Shown one piece after another: positions 48,748 through 58,935 of a DNA stretch of 64,000 bases. Both the position numbers and the translations under genes were made by a program. The stretch covers positions 1-64,000 of the forward strand of contig JBNGBT010000009.1 of NCBI GenBank assembly GCA_049903315.1. Direction: 5' to 3'. How positions within the stretch are numbered: the stretch's first letter is position 1; each line of letters opens with the position of its first letter. Origin of the DNA: Candidatus Cloacimonadota bacterium. GTDB lineage: Bacteria > Cloacimonadota > Cloacimonadia > JGIOTU-2. A model generated the notes under the pieces. It made no database searches, was not told where the DNA came from, and saw nothing but the letters and a program-made list of their open reading frames with translations.

Positions 48748-48961
48748 ATACAAGGTTGTTTTCTAGAACATAATCCATCTCAATGTAAAAATTGACAAAA
48801 AACAAGCCTTTTTGCCACCTTATAGGCAACAGTTTTTTCGTATCGGTGCTGAACTTGAACCAGCCCTGTCTTTAGCGCTCCTTGTCACTGCTTATGTATA
48901 ATACGTAATACTCAGATAATATGTAAAGTGCAAAAAAGTAGATCTAAAAAAAGGAGTTAAC

Positions 48962-50131
48962 ATGAAAAAAAAGAAAACCTTTACCTTAACTAGTGCATTA
49001 TTAATCCTTTGCACCATATCAATCATTATTATTACCAACTCCTGTTCAAAATCCACAGAACCAACAGAGGTCGTCTTCACAGCGCTTCCTTTTGCCAGTG
49101 ACGACTATTCGCTTGGTATTGCGGAAGGAATTAGCGGTGATGGCACTGTCGTGGTTGGCGGCGGTGCAGTTAATACACCAGATGACGGCAAATATTTTGA
49201 GATTGCCCCGGTCATTTGGACAGATAATACAATAACTGTTCTTCCCTTTATGAGAGATAAAATTCAGGATTTCCCTCGTGAAGGTATTGTGTATGATATC
49301 TCAGATACTGGGATTTTGGCTGGTTATGAAACCCTGGGAGATTTTTTCCCTGATGCATATTACTATTCAAATAATCAATGGCATGGGATAATCAATCCTT
49401 CTAATTCTGCTATAGCCCAAACAGCTGAAGGAATCTCTTCTGATGGCACTATTATTGTTGGTATGACAGGATGGAATGATGACCCGGGTGGCTATTACTA
49501 CAATGTTACCACTGGAACATTCACTATTCTTGAGTCCTCTTTTAAAGATAGTGCTGATTACACAAAAGCTCAAACTAATTTATACGATATATCCGGTGAT
49601 GGAACTCTATTGGTTGGTTCGGATTGTGCAAATAAATTTGATAGCATTTCTGTCAAACTACCTATGTATTTCAATATGGCAAAAGACACGTTACCAACCA
49701 TACTTCCTCTTCCGTCCGGATACACGGCTGGAGCTGCTGAAGGAATTTCTAATGACGGCAGTACTATCGTAGGACATGTTTATGATGATGAGGACACTCC
49801 CTATGCTGCGTACTGGGATGAGAATCGTCAGGCACATTTGCTCGGCACCTACTGCCCCTATCCCGGACCCCTGCAACCAGCAACTATCGCACACGATGCT
49901 TCAGATAACGGTGACAGGATCGTGGGTACATCCTATGAAATCGCATTTATTAAATTCAAGAATGATGCAATGTTCCCACTCCAGGAGTGGCTGGAAGATG
50001 AAGGACTTGCTTCCGAACTCGCGGACTGGAGGCTTATTACTGCCACAGGAATCACACCGGATGGGCACTGGATAGTCGGAACCGGCGTAGATGGTGTTCA
50101 TACACGGGCATTTAAAGTGTATATTCCATAA
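48962..50131 (+). CDS. HAF-repeat (beta-propeller) lipoprotein
   Basis: Lipobox TNSC; repeats GISGDGTVVVG, GISSDGTIIVG, DISGDGTLLVG, GISNDGSTIVG, DASDNGDRIVG, GITPDGHWIVG. Confidence 0.75.
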   Translation: MKKKKTFTLTSALLILCTISIIIITNSCSKSTEPTEVVFTALPFASDDYSLGIAEGISGDGTVVVGGGAVNTPDDGKYFEIAPVIWTDNTITVLPFMRDKIQDFPREGIVYDISDTGILAGYETLGDFFPDAYYYSNNQWHGIINPSNSAIAQTAEGISSDGTIIVGMTGWNDDPGGYYYNVTTGTFTILESSFKDSADYTKAQTNLYDISGDGTLLVGSDCANKFDSISVKLPMYFNMAKDTLPTILPLPSGYTAGAAEGISNDGSTIVGHVYDDEDTPYAAYWDENRQAHLLGTYCPYPGPLQPATIAHDASDNGDRIVGTSYEIAFIKFKNDAMFPLQEWLEDEGLASELADWRLITATGITPDGHWIVGTGVDGVHTRAFKVYIP

Positions 50132-50158
50132 AAAAGAAGACAGAAGTCAGGAGATATA

Positions 50159-51472
50159 ATGGAACATAGAAAATTCCGAAATATCCTCGGTTTGGTTATT
50201 GCTCTCGTTATTACATCAATGCTTGGCTCATGTTGCAAAACAACCAATCCTAGTGATAATGATGAGGTTTTGACCGTTATCGCACGATATGAGCTGGATA
50301 CCGAAGATATTATGGATCAAGTGCAGGAATTGCCGGATGCTCCGAATGGATTTGATTATCACGATCTATACTACGAAATTTCTCAGACCGCATCCGGGAG
50401 TCCGCATCTTGTTGCCCATGAAGTTGTGAAATATACATCCAAGGACGACCAGGGAAATGATATCGAACTGTCCGGGCTCTTCATCTATCCCCTCAAGTTG
50501 GATGGAGAAATCCTGCAAACTCCACTCGTCTCTTATAACCATGGCACAGAACTGATGAAAAAATACGCTCCCTCCAAATGGGATCCCTTCGATATATCTG
50601 AGTATAAGAATTTCATGGAAGTGATCGTTGCTCATGTGCTGGCTTCTTTCTTTGGCTGGTCCATCATTATGCCGGACTACCAGGGTATGGGCTATGATCT
50701 GAACGAACCTCATCCCTATTGTATACGAGAAAAGCTGGCTGCGGCAACCGCTGATATGGTCGAGAAGGGCATCAATATGATAAAGGACAACAATCACGAT
50801 TTCGTGAACTGGGACGGTCATCTCTTCGTGTATGGCTATTCCGAAGGTGGATTCGTGACCATGGCAGTTACCCAGGAACTGGAAGACCGCAACATTGCTA
50901 TGACCGGTTCTGTTTGTATGGACGGTCCCTATGATCTTTCTGGAACAATGCTTGATATGATGATCGGTGATGAACCTGCTCCCGTTCCATATTATCTCCC
51001 TCTCATGCTTGTTGGATATAATAATCAATATCCTGAAACCTATGTCTATGATCAGATGTTGAAGGAACCATACCGAACAGACGTTCCCAAATATGCGACA
51101 GGTTTTTATGATGAAGATGTCGTGAATGGCATTATGCCTGCATCTCATATTCTTAAAGAAATATTCGAAGATGCTTTCGTTGATTCTCTTAATGACTCAA
51201 CAAGTGTAGCATGGCAAAAACTGTATGAAAACGACACCTATCAAAACTGGATCCCGGAAACCACTATGCTGATGTGGCACTGCCAGAACGATGACTGCGT
51301 TCCCATCGGTAATTACGAAGCTGCGAAAGCCGTCTTTGCCCAGGGTGGAGCTCAGAACATCACCTTTGTCGAGTTTCCTCCTGTGCCGAACTGGGCTGGA
51401 ACCGTGCATGTGTCCGCAGCCCCCATTGCCTTTCTTGAAGGGGCTTTGTGGATCAAACAGCAGTTGGAATGA
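50159..51472 (+). CDS. Secretory lipase-family alpha/beta hydrolase lipoprotein
   Basis: Lipobox LGSC; YNHGT, PDYQGMG, GYSEGG, DDCVP, C-terminal His. Confidence 0.8.
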   Translation: MEHRKFRNILGLVIALVITSMLGSCCKTTNPSDNDEVLTVIARYELDTEDIMDQVQELPDAPNGFDYHDLYYEISQTASGSPHLVAHEVVKYTSKDDQGNDIELSGLFIYPLKLDGEILQTPLVSYNHGTELMKKYAPSKWDPFDISEYKNFMEVIVAHVLASFFGWSIIMPDYQGMGYDLNEPHPYCIREKLAAATADMVEKGINMIKDNNHDFVNWDGHLFVYGYSEGGFVTMAVTQELEDRNIAMTGSVCMDGPYDLSGTMLDMMIGDEPAPVPYYLPLMLVGYNNQYPETYVYDQMLKEPYRTDVPKYATGFYDEDVVNGIMPASHILKEIFEDAFVDSLNDSTSVAWQKLYENDTYQNWIPETTMLMWHCQNDDCVPIGNYEAAKAVFAQGGAQNITFVEFPPVPNWAGTVHVSAAPIAFLEGALWIKQQLE

Positions 51473-51540
51473 GGACACTTGGTTGAAGTTGTTAAGTAAT
51501 TTGAAAAAATTAATATGTAACTTAATACTGGAATAAAATT

Positions 51541-52608
51541 GTGATTAAAAACAAAATAATTGTATCTGGGCTATCATTACTAGAAGATTTTGTTTCTGAC
51601 ACAGACGGCCAATGCTTTGCTTGTGATTATGATCTAGAGTGGATGTTTAATCATCCGAGCACATTAATATGGGCTGACAAGATAATCATCTCTCCCACAA
51701 TATTTAAATACATCAAAGAAGAAAAAAGTCCTTATCATAATTCGCAATTGTGTGGTAAGGTTGCAAAGATGTTTTTCGAGGTTGCAGATGAACTCGGTTT
51801 ACTTGAAGTTAAAAAACCCTCTGGTCTTTTCTCAACTGCTTTTGTTTATATAATGAATCGGGGTGTTGAAAATGAATTTCAGGAACTTGTATCTTCCTAT
51901 CCAGAGATGATAACCGAAAAGGGAGAAAGGAATTCACCCTCAATCTTTTCAATTAAAAATGAACATTTCTGTGAACCGCGAGTGTTAGCTTTTTACACCA
52001 GTTTGGCTTTATCAAAATTCTGGGGGGCAAAAATACTTCTTAATAATAAATGGAAATTATATCTTGATTACAGTTATAATTTAAAATCAAAAATAAAAGA
52101 TGGAAAATCACCAAAGTTAAAGGCGTTTGAAACAATATTTTCACAATATATCCCTGAAATGAACTTATACCCTCCAGATATAAGATCAAACTGTATAACA
52201 TGTAAGCACTTTGAAAAATGCAATTCAGAGCACCTTTTTAATGTAGAAAAGTATCTGGGGAAATATTCAAAAATCAGAGAATACGATGAATTATACCAGC
52301 TAAGAAAAGTAATAAACAAAATAATTCTAAGGACAACTGGCGAATTTAACCCAAACGATATAAAAAAGGAATTTTCTGAAGTAAAAATAAAATTAAGAAA
52401 ACAGATGAGAAAGGTGTTCCCATCCTTCTCTCGTTGGTCAAAAATTTCTACAATTATATCTATCCCGGTTATTACATTCGGCTTATCATCTGGTAATCAT
52501 TTAATTAGTGCTGCAGGTGGTGCTTTGGCTGGTATGTCAAAAATGATTGAAAAATATATCGATTTATTTAACAATAAAAACAGATGGATATACTTTAAAC
52601 AAGATTAA
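51541..52608 (+). CDS. Hypothetical protein (AT-rich orphan)
   Basis: 355-codon ORF; CxxC motifs; C-terminal hydrophobic hairpin; start uncertain. Confidence 0.7.
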   Translation: MIKNKIIVSGLSLLEDFVSDTDGQCFACDYDLEWMFNHPSTLIWADKIIISPTIFKYIKEEKSPYHNSQLCGKVAKMFFEVADELGLLEVKKPSGLFSTAFVYIMNRGVENEFQELVSSYPEMITEKGERNSPSIFSIKNEHFCEPRVLAFYTSLALSKFWGAKILLNNKWKLYLDYSYNLKSKIKDGKSPKLKAFETIFSQYIPEMNLYPPDIRSNCITCKHFEKCNSEHLFNVEKYLGKYSKIREYDELYQLRKVINKIILRTTGEFNPNDIKKEFSEVKIKLRKQMRKVFPSFSRWSKISTIISIPVITFGLSSGNHLISAAGGALAGMSKMIEKYIDLFNNKNRWIYFKQD

Positions 52609-52696
52609 CGGTATCTATTAAATAAATATTTTAGTCATTATTAGATAATTTAAATATTATGAAATAACATAGTTTCTTTAAATTTCGGAGGTCTTC

Positions 52697-53596
52697 ATGC
52701 CTATTACTCATCGTCAATTCAACCCGGAAGATTTCGCTCGTGTAAGTGATTTCCTTATCGCACATTATCTTCCGGAAAACCGTGATGGCAACTGGCTGCA
52801 GCCGGCATGGGAGTATATGCATACGCATCCTGCACTTGATGAGAAGTCTTTGAATAAGATCAGGATATGGGAAGACAACAGAGAAATCGTAGCTGTGGTT
52901 CATTATGAGTCCCGGCTTGGGGAAGCGTTTTTCCAGGTTCATCCTGACTATGGTAATCTCAAATCGGAAATGCTCGAGTATGCAGAGCACTCTTTTAAGG
53001 GTACAACAAAAGAAGGCAAAACATATCTGCATGTGTTTGTGAATGATTTTGATAATGACTTCAAAAGTCTTGTCCGGTCAAAAGGGTACATACGAGCCGC
53101 AGCAGAAGATCGTCCTCTTTCCATGATGCGTATACCCTGCCCATTTCCTGAAATTGCAGTACCGGATGGATTTATCATCAAAAGTCTCGCTGATGAGAAT
53201 GACTTATACAAGATCAATCGTGTACTTTGGAGAGGTTTTAACCACCCTGGAGAACCGCCTGAAGAAGATGAGGATATTGAAGATAGGAGAAAAATGCAGT
53301 CAAGCCCAAACTTCAGAAAAGATCTGACCATTGTGGTCGCGGCAACATCCGGAGATTTTGTTGCCTTTGCCGGAACATGGTTCGCTCCAAAAAATAATTT
53401 TGCATATGTAGAACCCGTTGCCACTGATCCCGATTTCCGTAAAAGGGGGCTGGGAAAAGCAGCAGTACTCGAAGGTATCCGACGCTGTTGTGAATTAGGG
53501 GCAGCCGTTGCGTATGTAGGTTCGGACCAGTTTTTCTATCAGAAACTTGGATTTAAAAAAATCTTTACTACAGAATGCTGGGAAAAATATTTCTGA
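52697..53596 (+). CDS. GNAT family N-acetyltransferase
   Basis: VEPVATDPDFRKRGLGKA, FYQKLGF. Confidence 0.88.
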   Translation: MPITHRQFNPEDFARVSDFLIAHYLPENRDGNWLQPAWEYMHTHPALDEKSLNKIRIWEDNREIVAVVHYESRLGEAFFQVHPDYGNLKSEMLEYAEHSFKGTTKEGKTYLHVFVNDFDNDFKSLVRSKGYIRAAAEDRPLSMMRIPCPFPEIAVPDGFIIKSLADENDLYKINRVLWRGFNHPGEPPEEDEDIEDRRKMQSSPNFRKDLTIVVAATSGDFVAFAGTWFAPKNNFAYVEPVATDPDFRKRGLGKAAVLEGIRRCCELGAAVAYVGSDQFFYQKLGFKKIFTTECWEKYF

Positions 53597-53617
53597 AAAA
53601 TAATAGGGAGCTTTCCA

Positions 53618-54529
53618 TTGGAAAACATAACTGACAAAACGATCTTTACTACCCTTATCAGGTCTCCTCAAGAAATCCCTCACGTGCGCCTGCTCATAGA
53701 TAGCATTCGTACTTGGGGAGGAGTTATGGCGGACATTCCAATTATTATCTTTAATGTGAATCCGATTGAGGTCTCAACCAAGGAATTAGAAGGTAAGAAT
53801 GTTGAAAGTATCATGCTTGATGTTCCGGAGAATCTCAGGAGATATTTCTATGGTGATAAAGTTTTTGCAAGTGCGCGTGCCGAAGAACTCTATCCCGAAA
53901 TGGAGACGATCATCTGGATCGATCCTGCATGTCTGGTAGTGAATCCTCCACTCGAATACCAGCTACAAAAAAAGTATGACTGCGCTGTTCGTCCTGTGCA
54001 TATCAAAAATGTAGGTCTTCAAGCAAACGACTCACTCGATATTTTCTGGAAAAGGATCTATGAAATATGCGGTGTTAATGATATCGGCAGAACAGTCGAA
54101 ACCTTTGTTGATAAAAAGCTTATTCGGGCATATTATAATACTCATGCTCTCTCGGTGACTCCTGCTGCATGTTTGTTCAGACAATGGTTTTCATTATTTG
54201 AAAAACTCCTACAAGATGCTGATTACCAGCAAGCTGCATGTGAGGATGTGTGGCACAAGGTTTTCCTCCACCAGGCAGTACTGAGTGCGCTCATTTCAGT
54301 CAGATGCGATGCGGACAGCGTGCGAATCCTTCCCCCCGAATATAATTATCCTTACAATCTGCAGGACAAAGTCCCCGATGAAAGAAGAGCCGCTGTTCTT
54401 AATGATCTTGTTACGGTCGCATATGAAAACCGCACCCTCGATCCTGATACAATGGATGATATCGAGGTTCTCGAGCCACTGAAGGGGTGGTTGGAACGTG
54501 CTGTTCATATATCGCCAGGTTCGAACTAA
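53618..54529 (+). CDS. Hypothetical protein, GT8-like glycosyltransferase fold suspected
   Basis: IIWIDP, YYNTH, HQAVLS, LPPEYNYP; TTG start with gggag RBS. Confidence 0.5.
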   Translation: MENITDKTIFTTLIRSPQEIPHVRLLIDSIRTWGGVMADIPIIIFNVNPIEVSTKELEGKNVESIMLDVPENLRRYFYGDKVFASARAEELYPEMETIIWIDPACLVVNPPLEYQLQKKYDCAVRPVHIKNVGLQANDSLDIFWKRIYEICGVNDIGRTVETFVDKKLIRAYYNTHALSVTPAACLFRQWFSLFEKLLQDADYQQAACEDVWHKVFLHQAVLSALISVRCDADSVRILPPEYNYPYNLQDKVPDERRAAVLNDLVTVAYENRTLDPDTMDDIEVLEPLKGWLERAVHISPGSN

Positions 54530-54710
54530 AGGCGATATTGCACTCAAAATTCAAAATAAAGTCCCTTTTATAAAAATTTATTGACCGCTAAACAGAATTT
54601 TGAACAAATTTTCTCTATCACACAGAATATATCGTAATTAATGCAGGTTCTCAAATTATTTTCACAGCAGAAACAGGAAAAATAAATAATATAAACTGGA
54701 GTAATACCCT

Positions 54711-56438
54711 ATGATAAAAGGTGTTCTTTTCATAGTAATTTTATTTCTCTTTTCTCCTCTCAAAGCGTATGAAACTACTCCCCCTGTTATCCACAAACCT
54801 TTTGATGAATCCGCTATTACACAACCTCGTTATATCCCTCTGCAACCTCCCTCGGGACTTGAGATCGTTAATCCTGCAGAATTCGGCAGATCCGATGGCG
54901 TCATACTTGCGTGGCCAGGATGGGGGAATGAGATCATCGGAGATATCGCTTTTGAGGTTGCTCAGGACTATAAAGTGTTCATGGTTGTTGCCAATGATTA
55001 TTATGAAACAGTTGCCGCTGCATATCTCACTTCTGTGGGTGTGAACATGGCAAATGTGTCCTTTATTCATGATTCCACGATGAACAATTCCGGTATGTGG
55101 ATTCGGGATTATGGACCCTTCTGTATACATGATGACGGCAAACGTGGAATTGATGATTTCGTTTGGAGCGGCAATTACGGCATCGATCTTATACCCTACA
55201 CTATTGCAGACACGTTTGACCTCCCTCTTTATCACAGCCCTGTTATCCATCATGGCGGCAATCATATATCAGACGGCAACGGCATGGGCTTTTTCTCTAC
55301 AAATATTTTCAACCATAATACTTCCTACACCCATACTCAAATTAAGCAGGAATTCAAGGATTTCTTCGGTATAGACTCCATGGTCGTGTTCGCACCAATG
55401 AATGGTGATGGCACCGGGCATGTGGATATGTTCTGCAAATTATTGAATGATACGCTTCTCATCGTCGGAGAATATGAAACTCCAAGTGCAAGTTACCCCG
55501 GCGATTATGATCTTCTAAATAATCTGGCTGCTTATCTTGGCACACTTACCAATATTGACGGCAGAAAATTCAGGGTGGAAAGAATCCCGATGCCTGCTTA
55601 TTATTATGGCGGTCCCGCAGGAACAATAAACTACACCTATACAAATTCACTTATTATTAACAACAAGGTACTTGTGCCCGTGTATGGATTTGATATGGAT
55701 GCAGCCGCATTACAGGTTTATGCAGATTTGATGCCCGACCATGAAATAATCGGCATCGATTCTGAATTTATCATCCAGTACTGGGGTGCAGTTCATTGTA
55801 TTACTAGTGAGCTTTTCAGCAACAATCCATTGATAGTACTTCATCATGCAATAGATACTCTTATAGCGGGTGTAGCTCCGCAGATAAAATTCCGGCTTAA
55901 TCCAAAATTTGCTGTGTCGGGAGGATCTGTTTTTTACAAATTAGACTCAGGCATTTTTTTTACTGAAGTTATCGCAGAACTGAACGGAGGAGTATGGACT
56001 GCGAGTTTGCCTGCGATGTCAGAGAATTTCTCTTACTATATTGAAGGTTCTTCTGTTTCCGGCAGTTATAATTTCGAAACAACTCTCCCGGAAAATGCCC
56101 CCTGGGAAACCTTCCCTGTTCTTGTGGAAAATGTTGCGGCTGACAATGAACATGCTTCACCATCCATATGTCTTACCAACTACCCAAATCCTTTCAATCC
56201 ATCAACGACGATCTCATTCAGCATTCATGATCCGGGAAAAATAGAAGTGAGTATATATAATATTAAGGGGCAAAAAGTAAAGAATCTGCTCAAGGAGCCA
56301 AAAGAATCCGGCACATACTCAATAGTTTGGAATGGGAGAGATGAAAAAGAACAAGCGGTTGAGAGCGGAATATATTTCATCAGGCTTGCCACAGAAAAAG
56401 GGCATACCACAATAAAACGAATGATATTGATGAGATAG
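54711..56438 (+). CDS. Secreted agmatine/peptidyl-arginine deiminase-family protein with T9SS-like CTD
   Basis: WIRDYGP, GGN, DGTGHVD, YTNSL, GAVHCIT; NYPNPFNPST...YNIKGQ. Confidence 0.9.
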   Translation: MIKGVLFIVILFLFSPLKAYETTPPVIHKPFDESAITQPRYIPLQPPSGLEIVNPAEFGRSDGVILAWPGWGNEIIGDIAFEVAQDYKVFMVVANDYYETVAAAYLTSVGVNMANVSFIHDSTMNNSGMWIRDYGPFCIHDDGKRGIDDFVWSGNYGIDLIPYTIADTFDLPLYHSPVIHHGGNHISDGNGMGFFSTNIFNHNTSYTHTQIKQEFKDFFGIDSMVVFAPMNGDGTGHVDMFCKLLNDTLLIVGEYETPSASYPGDYDLLNNLAAYLGTLTNIDGRKFRVERIPMPAYYYGGPAGTINYTYTNSLIINNKVLVPVYGFDMDAAALQVYADLMPDHEIIGIDSEFIIQYWGAVHCITSELFSNNPLIVLHHAIDTLIAGVAPQIKFRLNPKFAVSGGSVFYKLDSGIFFTEVIAELNGGVWTASLPAMSENFSYYIEGSSVSGSYNFETTLPENAPWETFPVLVENVAADNEHASPSICLTNYPNPFNPSTTISFSIHDPGKIEVSIYNIKGQKVKNLLKEPKESGTYSIVWNGRDEKEQAVESGIYFIRLATEKGHTTIKRMILMR

Positions 56439-56443
56439 AATTT

Positions 56444-57775
56444 ATGTTAAATTTTTTTAAATTACTGAATAAGATTTTCGGCCTATTGTTCACAATCTGC
56501 ATTGTTCTTGTTCATCCAATTATTTGGGCGGATAGCGAATCTCCTGATCTCGAATTGATTATTCAAAAAGCAGAAAATGGAGACGCTTATTACCAGGGAG
56601 TACTGGGAGGAATTTATCGTCGTGGCGAAACAGGTGAAATAAACTATAAAAAAGCCTATGATTTGTCCCGATTATCTTCTGACAAGGGTAATCCAATCGG
56701 TTCATGCAATTTAGCTGTGTTGTATGAATATGGGATCTTCGTTACAAAAGATTCTGTCCGTGCTCATGAACTATATGCAGAAGCCTATATGCCAATGTTT
56801 GAATTGGCAAGTCAGGGCGACGAAAGGGCTCAGGTGAATTTGGGATATATGCTCGAGCTTGGTAATGGCGTTGATCCCGATCTACAAAAAGCACTGATTT
56901 GGTATGAAAGAGCTGCCGTAAATGGATACTCTAGAGCTCAACTCATTGTGGGTTATAAGTACTATTACGGATGGGGATATGAAAAAGATTATGATAAGGC
57001 ATTTGAATGGTTCAAAAAAGCGGCAGAACAAGGTTACCCAATGGCTTGGCAATTTTTGGGAATCATGTATGAAAATGGCTATGGTGTAACAAAAAGTCTT
57101 GATCGGGCTGTGAAATGGCATAGAGAAGCAGAAAAATATCAGCCCAACATAGAGGTGATGCCTCATGATTCTGTGGACTATATGTTTAATGGGATTGAAT
57201 ACAAGGGAGATCAAATAATTCCTGGGTTACTACCTCCCCGCTTTATACTTGAAATTCCTGAAGGCAGCTGTGGTGAATCCTGTTTGTGGAGTATCATTAA
57301 TTCAAAAGAATTCATTTCTGCACAGTTAGAGATCAACACAGATGGAGGGAGTCCCGGGAGAGGATTGCATGCAAACGAGCTTCATAAACCTTTAGATAAA
57401 TATCACATTCAATATGAGGATAATATGAACAAATCATATTTTAACTATGTGGTATCGTTTTTTAATCCTGCAAACCTTTTTTCATCACATGCAAATAAAT
57501 ATAGAGCTTTTTTATATGATGAGATAATCGAGAAAGTAAAACAGGGAAATCCAATTATTTTAGGAGTTAAAATATATCCGGATAAACATTATTTTTGGGA
57601 TTGTGATCACTTTATTTTACTGGTTGGATATAATGAAACTACAAACGAGTTGATCTTCAATGATTTCAACGCACGAAAAAGAATACACGCAGATAAGCTG
57701 TTAGATAAAACTGATGGATATTCCATAATAAACAGGTATAATTTTCTCAATTATATAGAAATTAAGAACTTTTAA
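56444..57775 (+). CDS. Sel1-repeat protein with C-terminal papain-fold (C39-like) domain
   Basis: About 5 Sel1 repeats; SCGESC...DHFILLVGY...FND putative Cys-His-Asp triad. Confidence 0.75.
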   Translation: MLNFFKLLNKIFGLLFTICIVLVHPIIWADSESPDLELIIQKAENGDAYYQGVLGGIYRRGETGEINYKKAYDLSRLSSDKGNPIGSCNLAVLYEYGIFVTKDSVRAHELYAEAYMPMFELASQGDERAQVNLGYMLELGNGVDPDLQKALIWYERAAVNGYSRAQLIVGYKYYYGWGYEKDYDKAFEWFKKAAEQGYPMAWQFLGIMYENGYGVTKSLDRAVKWHREAEKYQPNIEVMPHDSVDYMFNGIEYKGDQIIPGLLPPRFILEIPEGSCGESCLWSIINSKEFISAQLEINTDGGSPGRGLHANELHKPLDKYHIQYEDNMNKSYFNYVVSFFNPANLFSSHANKYRAFLYDEIIEKVKQGNPIILGVKIYPDKHYFWDCDHFILLVGYNETTNELIFNDFNARKRIHADKLLDKTDGYSIINRYNFLNYIEIKNF

Positions 57776-57818
57776 AATCAGTTCAAAATTAAATAAAAAT
57801 TCGATCAGGAGGTTTTGT

Positions 57819-58935
57819 ATGTCGCTTGCTGCTACAATTATCGGATGGATTTTATGTGGTATCTTCTTCATCTTTAATGATCATAACCCTTTCTCTAGGA
57901 AGAATCGTTCCGGCTATACCGTTACTTCTTACCTGTATCCTTGTTTCACCCCTTTTCGGAAAATTGTTCAAAACGAAAAACGTCAAAATCATCATGTATA
58001 TTGTGCGTACAGTTCTCGTGCTTGTATTTCTTTTTGGTTTTGTCATGCTCTCGTTCATTGATGCGATAAAATATCCTTTATACAAAACCAATCAGCTCAA
58101 AGCAGACCTGCAACGCGTCTATGATGAGAAGATGGAAAAATGGCCAGTATCTTATGAGACACAATTTGTTGAATGTGCCGGGGGAAATGCATTTGTGGTT
58201 ATCTGCGGTCCTGAAGATACTCCTCCCGTTCTGCTGTTCCATGCTGCAAGTATGGGATCGTGGTCATGGCTTTATAACGTTGAAGAGCTCGCTCAAGATC
58301 ATAGAGTGTATGCCATAGATTATATTGGGGAACCCGGTAAAAGCATTGTAACAGACGAAAAGGCAATTCCTTTTGATACTGATGGTCTTAATAAAATGTA
58401 TGATGACATCATAGCAGGACTTGGCATCAACCAACCTTATGATGTAATCGGAGCGTCTTTTGGTGGATTCGTTGCAGTTAATCGTGCGATGCATGCCCCC
58501 ACTGATGTCAAATCCGTTATATTACTCGGTCCTATGGGAATGACGCCAGCCACTTCGAGCGTGAATACAAAACTTATGGCATACCAGCTATTCCCGCTTA
58601 AGCCATTCCATAAAATGATGTTCCACTGGGCTTTGGGATATGATCCTGATGTTGTTTCAGAAACAGAGGAATGGTTCTGGCTGGTGCTGAATGGTGTCAC
58701 AAGAAAAGGATCACCGCCAAATACGTTCACACCTGAGCAATTAAAAAAGATAAAAATTCCCATGCTCCTCGTTCTTGGAGACAAAGATGGGCTTGTGGGA
58801 AATCCTGAAATAGTAACTCCGCTTGCTCAAAATGTACTCAATATGAATATTGAGATTCTGCCTTCCGGTTATCTTATCGGTATGGAAAAACCGGAAGAGA
58901 CCAATGCCCTGATTATGGAGTTCCTTAGTAAGTAA
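57819..58935 (+). pseudogene. Frameshifted membrane-anchored alpha/beta hydrolase
   Basis: aggagg RBS before ATG 57819; one extra base at about 57873-75 separates it from the hydrolase frame (GASFGG); Tyr at the expected catalytic His position. Confidence 0.7.

Noticed and set aside
50366..51148. Long antisense ORFs (260 aa here; also 35895-36521, 8541-9164, 40529-41080)
   Set aside because: Shadows of well-supported genes on the opposite strand; no recognisable motifs
54508..54538. GGTTCGAA within a hairpin, suggesting a tRNA T-arm
   Set aside because: No cloverleaf; just an 8-bp inverted repeat over a stop codon
56425..56452. TTATGTTAAAT, identical to the XerD arm of dif
   Set aside because: No XerC-like arm 6 nt upstream; it overlaps an ordinary start codon in AT-rich DNA
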